Source: Hydrurus foetidus (taxonomy: Eukaryota). From it: a DNA stretch of 64,000 bases. The stretch is from positions 1 through 64,000 of the forward strand of contig UYFQ01000511.1 of the NCBI GenBank assembly GCA_900617105.1, written 5' to 3'. The notes below the pieces were generated by a model, which saw only the letters and a list, made by a program, of their open reading frames with translations, searched no databases and was not told the DNA's origin. Position 1 is the first letter of the stretch. Each line of letters begins with the position of its first letter. A program made the position numbers and the translations under genes. Of the stretch, positions 9,027-18,175 are shown one piece after another.

Positions 9027-12000
9027 TCAGTTGGAGTCCAGCAAGTAGAGGCCTTCCTCTACCTTGCCACTCATAACTGGGTGAGCTGTCTTTGAAATTG
9101 TCTGAAGGTGTGGGATGACATCTATCGCATTAAAGAACTTGCAGTCCTTAGAGGTGAAGATGCCCACAAATCCCTTTGCACACGCTTGAGACACTGAGAG
9201 CAGTGTGGTATCATTCATTTGGTCGATGACAATAGTCTTGAGCATGAATGGTGGGAGTAGTCCCATCTCAGTAGGCTGGGCAGTCTCCCCGAAAGCTGCT
9301 GAGACACTGCATGATGTAGGTCTAAGGTCACGGAGACTGCTGCGCAATCCAGTACCAGATGTAGATGCACCACTGTCAATGACTGTCTTGTGACTTGTCT
9401 TCTTGAATGACATGAATTTGCTGTCTTTGTCTGTAACTGTAAGTAAGTTGAGACTCTTTTTCTCAGCCAGTGCTCTTGCCTTTGCACGACGTGTGGCAGA
9501 CACTGAATCTCTTGATGGTGATTTGGCTGGCGGAGTGCGCATTCGATATGGCTCAGGGGTTGCCAGATCTGCCATTGGAGGATGCAAAATATCTTGTGTA
9601 GACTGCTGAGAGTCGAGTGCCATGGGAGGATGCTCTAGCTGCAATGGTTGCTGCTCTTCCTCCTTGATCGGATATTGGACTGATACAATCATACGAGGTA
9701 CACCAGCAGTCTTAAGTGCTGGAACAATATCATCATTAACAAGAGGAGGGTCTTGAAGCATTGGTGGAGCATGCATTGAGCTGGATGTTCCCGGTGTCTC
9801 CTTGAACTCATTGTCATCTGATGTTTTGATGATCTTCCTGCGTGCTGGACGCTTGGTATCAGTCTGGATTGACGCCCATAGACTGCGTTTATGACCCATC
9901 ACGTATGGGTGATTGTATCGGGTCAGGTCTTCTTGGCATCTCCTGTGATGATCAGATGATGACCCCGGTGGAGTCATGTCTATGTCATCACCTTCTGATT
10001 CATCGTCACTGTATTCATCGTCATCATCATCATCATTGTCATCATCATTTTCTTCAGTGTGGTCAGTCGTCTCACTGAGCAGGTCCTCTCTGTTGATGGC
10101 ACTCATACGTGAATATGATGTCGTGATGGGGCTTGTCTGCAATGCATAAGACTGTGGTGCTGGAGGCATTGGTTTGATGTTGTTGATGATTGCAGAGAAA
10201 GCATCGTGGAAGACTATCTGATCCAAGAACTGTGCGTTGGATCGATATGTATTCAATGTGAATACCACATTTGCTCTTGTCTGGGATTCGTCAGCTTGCA
10301 TTTGCACTGCATCACGAAGTAGTTGAGCGCAGAATGACATGAAGTCGTAGATAATAGCCAAAGAGAGAATACGTAGAAGTCGCCATGGAATGTCAGGATG
10401 CTCCATGATGTATCTGATAGCAACAAAGTACTTCTCCACGTTTCTCATGTTTGATTGGTAGAACCCATAGTCATCGGAATGATAGAATTTGTCGGAGAGA
10501 GGGTTGAAGTTCATATAACTGAAATTTTCGGAACCCTCCCTGTCTGGAATCAACACGTCGGCGTTCAAGAACCTGTTTCCAATTTTGTAGAGCATTCGCA
10601 TAAGCCGTTTGTCTGCTGTACGAACATCTTCTCGGATTTTCACGGATCTCGAGATGGTTGGACTCTCTGAAAGCCATGTGAATGCCACCAAGATGTGTAC
10701 CATCCTTGGTTCAGCTGCTGTCAGGTCTTGGAAGCTGACAACAATTCCGGAGAGAGGATCAGTAGGAGATCCATCGTAGTCGCTGGGAGATGAACCGGCG
10801 AATCTGTTATACTTCTCGACCGAGTTGAGCATTGTGAACAGGTGACGTCTGATCTCACGAAGTCTTGGAAAGGGCTCAAGGTGGTAGAACTCTGGGAACT
10901 CTGCAATGGATGTCGTTGATTGTTCTTTGAAGCGAAGAACATTGAACCGATCGATATGGTTGCTCGACCCATCGCCATTGAAATACTGAGGATCTCCTGA
11001 TGTCCAGCCGTCAACATCAGCAGATTGCAAAGTCCTGATGGTTGTAAGTTGGTTCAGCGAATATCCAGCTGGGTTCTTTGCCGTTGCAACTCCTTTGGGA
11101 TAGCCAACAAGTGATCGATGGGAATCTGACACGATGATTGGTTTCTTGAAAGGAAACTTCGGTGGAGTCTTCTGATCTTTCTTGAAAGGAGGTGGGTTCT
11201 TGTTGGGCTTCTTGTCAGATGGTGCTCCCTTGTTTGGCGGCGCTGCTGCATGTGAATACTTGCATGAGGAACCGTTGGTACATAGGCCAGCGATGTGACG
11301 TCTGCACAGCTCCAAGGTTGGAGTAAGGGAAGCCATCTTGTGAGCTACCGCTGGGGCAGGATCAAGAAGCACAAGGTATTTGATGGTGTCGTCATAGGAT
11401 GCCTTTGACGTCTTTGATGAGGCCATGATTGATAAGAAGCTGAATCTTGCATCATGCTCCAGCTTTTCTTGTAGATGGTAAAGCTTTTGATCATCAGTGA
11501 CGGGCACGCCACTTGCGAATTTGAGGACTCTGAAGGCCTCTTCGATGGTTGCCACATTCTCCTGAATGGTTTGTGTGGACTTGAGCTTTAGGGAGTGGAG
11601 CTGATCCGTTGCCTTCCTGATGTCGCTGTTCTTTGTGCCGTTGATGTGATCGTAGATTGTCTTGAACCATAAGACCGCATCGTTGTCGGCAATCACACGC
11701 TTGATCAGATAATGTAGATCCTTCCCAGTAACCATATTGAGAATGACTAACAATCGATCTAAATCGTGTAATCTTTTGTAGATGTCATCAGCTGGGATGA
11801 CATCATACAATCCTTCTTCTGCTAATACCAGTGACCTAGGTGAATACCCTCCAGGGTTCCGAGCAGTAATGACTGGTAACTCACGATCTCCTTTGGCTAA
11901 TGTAAGAAGTTTACATTCACCTAGAGCGACCATGAATGTTTCCATGTTGTCGCGGTTGTCCTTCCCAGAGTTAGAAAACTTGGGCATCGAAAAGAAGAAT

Positions 12001-12515
12001 TTCGATTGCGCAGAGGTGGTATCCAAATATTCTGATATGGGCACCGATAAGATAGAGGAAGCCTTGGGCGTTGAAACACTTGGAATAGAGGCAGATCCAA
12101 CTGTTGATTTCGGTTGGGAGACCAACGGTGGAGGCTGTTGGATCTTAGAAGACATTATGTCGATGAGCCTTGCCACATCGGCGAAGGAAAATCTTGTCTC
12201 TGCATCCTGAGCCTCCAAATTGTCCGAAAATAAAGTTGACGCTGTGGCTCCGAGATTCCGCGCCCGAGGTGCTAAAGGTGGTGTCGGAACAACCTCCTGA
12301 TTTTGAAGGGCTAATTCCACCTCGTCTAGAAAATCACTATTTGGATTTTCTAAAGGAGGAATTGCTCCTGTCCTAGATCTTGTAACTCGACCAGTGAAGA
12401 TGGGTTGAGCTGCTTCGATCAGAGTTCTGAACGGATGTGTGAGAAGGTCGGCAAGAGCCGGCGGCGAGTCTGTGTTGGACAGCTCGAACTCGTCTTCAGA
12501 TCCATTATCACTCAT
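9027..12515 (-). CDS. Copia Gag-protease polyprotein, 1162 aa, with CCCH finger and extra domain
   Basis: Starts 87 bp after the 5' LTR; gag-like helical region; C-x7-C-x5-C-x3-H; VIDSGAS protease motif, LLSVSQ, GLYLL. Confidence 0.9.
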   Translation of the reverse strand: MSDNGSEDEFELSNTDSPPALADLLTHPFRTLIEAAQPIFTGRVTRSRTGAIPPLENPNSDFLDEVELALQNQEVVPTPPLAPRARNLGATASTLFSDNLEAQDAETRFSFADVARLIDIMSSKIQQPPPLVSQPKSTVGSASIPSVSTPKASSILSVPISEYLDTTSAQSKFFFSMPKFSNSGKDNRDNMETFMVALGECKLLTLAKGDRELPVITARNPGGYSPRSLVLAEEGLYDVIPADDIYKRLHDLDRLLVILNMVTGKDLHYLIKRVIADNDAVLWFKTIYDHINGTKNSDIRKATDQLHSLKLKSTQTIQENVATIEEAFRVLKFASGVPVTDDQKLYHLQEKLEHDARFSFLSIMASSKTSKASYDDTIKYLVLLDPAPAVAHKMASLTPTLELCRRHIAGLCTNGSSCKYSHAAAPPNKGAPSDKKPNKNPPPFKKDQKTPPKFPFKKPIIVSDSHRSLVGYPKGVATAKNPAGYSLNQLTTIRTLQSADVDGWTSGDPQYFNGDGSSNHIDRFNVLRFKEQSTTSIAEFPEFYHLEPFPRLREIRRHLFTMLNSVEKYNRFAGSSPSDYDGSPTDPLSGIVVSFQDLTAAEPRMVHILVAFTWLSESPTISRSVKIREDVRTADKRLMRMLYKIGNRFLNADVLIPDREGSENFSYMNFNPLSDKFYHSDDYGFYQSNMRNVEKYFVAIRYIMEHPDIPWRLLRILSLAIIYDFMSFCAQLLRDAVQMQADESQTRANVVFTLNTYRSNAQFLDQIVFHDAFSAIINNIKPMPPAPQSYALQTSPITTSYSRMSAINREDLLSETTDHTEENDDDNDDDDDDEYSDDESEGDDIDMTPPGSSSDHHRRCQEDLTRYNHPYVMGHKRSLWASIQTDTKRPARRKIIKTSDDNEFKETPGTSSSMHAPPMLQDPPLVNDDIVPALKTAGVPRMIVSVQYPIKEEEQQPLQLEHPPMALDSQQSTQDILHPPMADLATPEPYRMRTPPAKSPSRDSVSATRRAKARALAEKKSLNLLTVTDKDSKFMSFKKTSHKTVIDSGASTSGTGLRSSLRDLRPTSCSVSAAFGETAQPTEMGLLPPFMLKTIVIDQMNDTTLLSVSQACAKGFVGIFTSKDCKFFNAIDVIPHLQTISKTAHPVMSGKVEEGLYLLDSN

Positions 12516-12590
12516 GATTGCAGGGTTCTGAAAGTTGAGGAAGGAAATTCAGAATCCTGGAATCCACGGCAATCGTTTAATCACTATAAA

Positions 12591-12602
12591 CAATCGCTAC
12601 CA
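12591..12602 (-). promoter_or_regulatory. Copia primer-binding site
   Basis: Minus strand TGGTAGCGATTG directly after the 5' LTR CA. TGG pairs with tRNA CCA; TGGTAGCG resembles initiator-Met PBSs, but the tRNA identity is unverified. Confidence 0.8.
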
Positions 12603-13519
12603 TGTAAGACTAAATACAAGATGTCACCTTCTAGCGTTCGCAGCGAAGGTGGAGAAGCAGCTGCAGGCTACTGTCTCAATTCAGTGAGCTATCGAGTAGA
12701 CGAAGCTGTGAAGTACAACGTATTAAATTCTGATTAGAGTTTACAGATAGCCACGCAAAAGAGCTATCAGAACAGTTCATGACAGTGAAACTACCTTGAG
12801 ACAAAGTTCACAGCAAGATGTGTTGTTCATAGCATGTGCTTGAGGAACGTTGCATGAATGCTTATAGTAACGAAGTGTTTTGGCGATACTGAAGAATCAT
12901 GAAAGGCGAACGTTCATTTGCGTGAGGTCAGAGGGTTCGTACTAACTGATACATGGCGATAGTACAGGGGTACGTATGCGTGTATATGTATATGAACGTA
13001 CATGCGTGAGTACTAACTGCTATATGGCGATATTATAGAAGTACGTATGCATGTGTATGTATAAGAACGTACATGCGTAAGTACAGTGGTACTTACGTAT
13101 GTACGCCTATACATCTATGTACTACTCTATTGGCGATCGTACATACGTACATATTATATATGTACATACATGTGTAAGTACGTGTGTGTACGTATGCATA
13201 TAATAATTTGTACTAACATGTGCACGTACGTATGTACGTGTATGCGTGACCATACAAGTGTACGCTATGCTACATGCGTGCGTACGTACGTACGTACGTA
13301 CATATTGACTATGTACGTACATGTGTAAGTACATGTGTGTACGTATGCATAAATGAGTATGCACTAACATGTGTAAGTACGTGTGTACGTGTGCATGTTA
13401 TCATATCTGCATGTGTACTTACGTACGTACGTGCCGCATAACGTACATGTATATATTTGTAACTATATTTGCGACTATATTACTACAGACATATCTTGAT
13501 AGAATCAAGTGGTCTGACA
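12603..13519 (-). repeat. Copia 5' LTR (917 bp)
   Basis: Direct repeat of 4902-5821. Confidence 0.95.
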
Positions 13520-14856
13520 CAACCCGTTCGTGTTGTTGACGTAATTGGAAATGTGTCCATGAGTCCAGTTACCCAATCTTTCAGAGCACCATTCTCTCCT
13601 GAAATGCTCTATGAGAGTCCGAACTGCGACTGCTTCGTGAGTATCCCATTTCTTGAAGAACAAAGTCCTCAACCTCGCCGATTGAATGGCTGAATGCGCA
13701 TTCGACAATGCTGTGATGTCATGGAGAATTAAGGCCCTCACATCAAAGTGCACTGTTTTGGCTTTCTTTTCCACGTTCTAGAAATGTAAAAACGAGAAAT
13801 TCAGTAATTGTTTATAGGAAGTACTGTAAGTAATGGTCGTTACGTAGATATGTTCACCTCATAGACGTGAACGAAGCACATCAATCTTATCTGAATAGAA
13901 GGGAACGTCATCCTAGCTGCATTTGCGAATGCCTCAGCTGCATCACCAAGGAAAGTGCGCGGAGCGTAGTCAGGGACTTGTGTTCTGAAGACGTTTAGGA
14001 ACATGATGCCAGCCTCCTCCGTTGAGTTAGTAGCAACACCAACAGCTCTAGTATGCAATATGAAATTTTGGTCAGTTTTAGGGGCACAGTTTGATCATTT
14101 TCGATTTTTTGAAATTGTCCTATCTTACCTGACATGAAAGACTCTATTCATATCACTTTGTCCAATCACTGTCAGTGCAAATCCTTCGTATATTGACTTT
14201 TACGTTTCGTCTATCTCAATTGGGGAGATCAAATTAGTACCTTCAAGCAAACCTCTTGTGCTGAGAAGAATAGCAAAAAATGGCTCGTCCCGTAGTGGTT
14301 CCGTGAGTACACTTACGACTCCTCCTACGTTTCTCAGCGTATCAATTGAAATTAAGTGCTGCTCTCCGAATGCAGCAATGTCCTCAACTGATTGACCACC
14401 TACTAGATGCCCTCCTCTCCCTTTTTTTCGGTGGTAAGTCAGGAAGCTTGAGACCATAGAGACCAAAGGTGTGGGTACCACCGGCAGATTGTTTGCAACC
14501 AAATGAACAGCCAATCTCGTAAATTCCTTTATAACCTTCAATGATACGTGTATTCGCGAATGAAATTACGTCCGTACGATTTATGAATATTGAAAGATGC
14601 TTTTGGTACCTTTTTCGGAGCACCGCAGTCTCTAGCATAGAACTCAAGCGTTATCCTCTTCTGCTCCTCACTCAGACCTCTCTCGGGTGCTATTTCGAGA
14701 TCGTTGTGCTGATGTTCAGACCCATCACCAACTTCAAGAACGTACATCTCTTCAAGCAGCTTTGTCTTTAATCTCATTTTGACATTGCACCCATCATGCA
14801 CATATCAAGTACGTGAAGCGTCTACCAATGTTATGATTGGTGCGACCTCTAGATAG
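13520..14856 (-). pseudogene. MULE transposase central part (3 introns, premature stop, frameshift)
   Basis: C..HDGC...HQH zinc-binding region; IDET*K (DxTYK motif with TAA at 14200-14202); LGDAAEA; MCFVH (CxxH); GT-AG introns near 14536-14606, 14050-14128 and 13779-13858. Confidence 0.88.
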
Positions 14857-15052
14857 TGTGGCCCTGAAGGAACTAGGCTAGAGGGCTAGGAGGTGTTGGG
14901 TTAGGCTTACAAAGGGGTTGTTGAACTATATATGAGCAGGGAAACATCCTACCAGGGTGCTAGGAGTCTACCTAGAAGTCTACAGTGTGTTTGGGTATGA
15001 ACCCAAACAGACGGAATGGGGTCCAAGGTCCCGAGGGCCCCAGACGGCTACA
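14857..15052 (-). repeat. G2 3' LTR (196 bp)
   Basis: TGTGGCC...GGCTACA; identical to 21678-21873; internal 9-bp stem TGTTTGGGT-ATGA-ACCCAAACA. Confidence 0.95.
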
Positions 15053-15069
15053 CTACCCCCACTTATTTT
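15053..15069 (-). promoter_or_regulatory. G2 polypurine tract
   Basis: Minus strand AAAATAAGTGGGGGTAG abuts the 3' LTR. Confidence 0.85.
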
Positions 15070-15462
15070 AACTAAAATTGAAATCAATTTTGAGAATGAA
15101 TAAACTAGGCTAGCGCTTTTAGGAAGGGCAAGTAAACTAACGCTTCTTAAGGAAGAGTGAAAATGATTTTTTTAGAAATGATTTTTATGATCTAAACTAA
15201 CGCTTCAGAAGGAAGAGTAACTAAACTAGCGCTTCATAATGAAGGGCAACATTTTCAAAAATTAGATGACATTTTTATTTCCTTTCAGAAATATGTATAA
15301 AACACCATACAATGTGTGAAAAGAAAGAAAAAAGAAGGGGGGGTTGTGTAGAGTGTGTGTACTCGTGAATGATTATGTCAGATTTGTACTGACTAACCTC
15401 CGTAAAAAAACTCAAGTAATTGAGGTAAAAAATATTTAGGAGTAATCTTCAAAAGATATCAT

Positions 15463-18175
15463 TCACGGTTCTTCCCTTGTATTGGGAGTCATATTTCGAA
15501 ATTCTTTTGGAATAACGTGCAACATGTTGTTATTGCGCAGATACGTATGAAGTTGATCTGTGGCGCGCATGGACTTCCATGGTTCCCATGAATTATGGTT
15601 TGAATCGTAGTTCAACCATTTAACATAAAATTTCATTGTAGAAGGTTTCTTTTTATTTCCAACGTGGGAAACGATCTCTTCAATAAAAAATTCCATGTAG
15701 TCGCGACGAGCTGTGTCAGTCGGTGATTGGGAAGTTGGGTTGAACCTAAACGGTTTCAACTGACTTGCATGAACATCACGATTTTTCTTCGTGATAAGAT
15801 TTTTAATAGTGTATTCACTTTTATCATAGCTTACAACAAGAAATGGGCCCAGCCACATACTGTGCAATCTAGTCTCAGCACCTCTAGGGTTGAGAGTGAG
15901 AACGTACGAACCTATTGGAAAAATAGTTCTAGGTTCTGTATTAACGGCTACACGGTTAATATCTGTTGTCTTCAACTTATTTATCGCTAAATCGTTGAGT
16001 TGCGTTTGGATGAGCAGCATGTCTGCAATCACCTTCGACGAACGAGTCGGAACTTGTGTTTGATCTGGAAACCTAACAAGAATACCTCTATCAAGGTTTA
16101 GTTGGTTTCCAAACAGCAAGCTAGCTGGTGAAGCTCCCGTACTTGAATGTACGGAACTGTTGATAATTCTCTGCACGAAAGGCAGGCAAAGCCTGTAGGC
16201 TTCGAGATTTGTAGAGTGGAATGTAAAAGCACGTAAGTGTCGATTAACTTCCTTATTAACTCTTTCCACTATAGCATTCTCCTGCTTTGAGTATGCCAAG
16301 GTTAAGTTGTGGGGGGTCCCTGTACGGAGTAAGAACTCACGTATGATTTCATTCATGAAATGAGATCCACGATCCGATCGGATCATGCTTGGTGCACCAA
16401 ATCTACCGAAGAATTGTAGAAGGCATTCACATGCACATTGTGCAGTGTTGTTAACACACCAGTAAAGCTCAGTCCATCTTGTGAATGAACAAATCATTAC
16501 CAAAACATATCCATTATCCGGATACGGACCAATATAGTCGATGTTGACTGTGTCAAACGGTCTATAAGTAGACGTTGTGTATTTATGAATGTGAACAGGG
16601 ATTTTGATCACACTCATTTTTTGGCAACATGCGCAATTGCGGATGAAGTCTCTAACATGGGATGTCATGTCGAGCCATTCCTCATCTATACTTGACAGTT
16701 TATCGAGGGTACGAGCAATGCCTCCATGTCCCACCATGGCATTATGGCACATCTCTATAGCTTCGAGTTGTAACTCGGTAACAGGTGCAACTTCATGTAG
16801 AGCTGATATATGAACATCAATTTCCTCCACTCTAGTAGGTGGGTCAAGAATCACCAACTGTGTTAAGTTAGGACATAACCGAGACAGTGCATCGGCAATG
16901 AAGTTCTTGGGTCCACTTATATAGGACACAGTGTAGTCTAGCTCTTGGAGAGCCATCGACCATCTATTTACCATTGCTGATGGATCTTGACCTAAGAAGG
17001 TTAAGTTCTTATGATCAGTATGGATGATAAATTTTCTATCTCTTATAAGAGAGTCAAGTTGTTTACAGCAAAAATATATTGCATAGGCCTCCTTTTGAAT
17101 GGTAGACCATTTAACTTGTGTTGCGCTAAGCGACTTACTCACAAATGAGATTGGATTCTTGACAGAATTAGTTACTTGGAATAATACTCCACCTACTCCG
17201 TAGTCAGAGGCATCGGTGTATAACTCGATGGGTGACACTTCGTCTAAGAAGTGTAGCAGCGGACAGCGGGATATGGCTTGTCTTATGAGAACAAAAGCCT
17301 TATCTGCTTCCGTAGTCCACTGAAGGGCTGACTTTTTCCTCCCTTTAGGGTCAATCATCCTCTGAAGGGGTGCAACGATGTCGGAATGAAAAGGAACAAA
17401 ATTCCTGAAGTAATTCGCCAAGCCCAACAGACTTCGTAAAGAAGTAAGTGTCATGGGTTTTGGGAAATTTAGGACAGATTCAATCTTCTCTTTTGACATT
17501 GATATGCCCTGAGAAGAGATCTGTCTGCCAACATAATCGATCTGAGACATCCCAAATCTACATTTCTTTGCTTTAAGCAGTAAACCAAAACAGCGAAAAC
17601 GTCGAAAGACTCGTTCTAGTCTCTCCAGGAACTCGTCCTGGCCTCGTGCAAAAACGATACAATCGTCTAAGTACATCTCACAAGAAATGTAGATGAGTCC
17701 ATTAAGGACAATAGTCGCCATCATCTCTTGGAAGTAAGAGGGGGCTCTCCGAGGACCGAAGGGGAGTCTGGTGAATTGGTATACACCGCAATAACAAATG
17801 AACGCAGTCAGGACCTTGGATCCTTGATCCATAGGTGCCTGATGGTAACCAGAAGTTAAATCCATAACTCCGAATATGACTGGCTGTTGATGGCCGATTC
17901 TCTCAAAAAGAGCTCGAATGTTCGGAAGCGGCCAGCTGGAAGCCTGTGTGCATTTGTTCAGATTTCGGTAGTCAATGCAAAATCTGAACAAGTCAGCTGT
18001 TCTCTGTACTATGACAGGATGGCTATAATAAACCGCATTCGATTCCTCGATGACTCCCGAGTTCAACATCTCATCGATGGCACGTTTGATCTCTCGTTCT
18101 TTTCGAACTGATTGGAGACGAACGGCTGTTCTATTTTTAGAACATTCCCAATCCCTTTTATTGACCTTTATAACA
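15463..18175 (-). CDS. pol: G2 Pol: RT, RNase H, integrase, chromodomain
   Basis: RFCIDYR, YLDD, YTDASDYGVG, SDRG, ERVN, FYVKWLNY..NSWEP; colinear and clearly homologous with G1 Pol. Confidence 0.95.

Larger units (their letters stand above)
4902..13519 (-). mobile_element. Full-length Ty1/copia LTR retrotransposon
   Basis: Two ~920-bp TG..CA direct repeats, 5-bp TSD CAACC (4897-4901 and 13520-13524), PBS, PPT, and gag-PR-IN-RT-RH order. Confidence 0.97.

Noticed and set aside
9027..9029. TGA as selenocysteine or a reassigned codon
   Set aside because: Host genes here end in TGA and use TGG for Trp; the site is a linker and no SECIS was evident.
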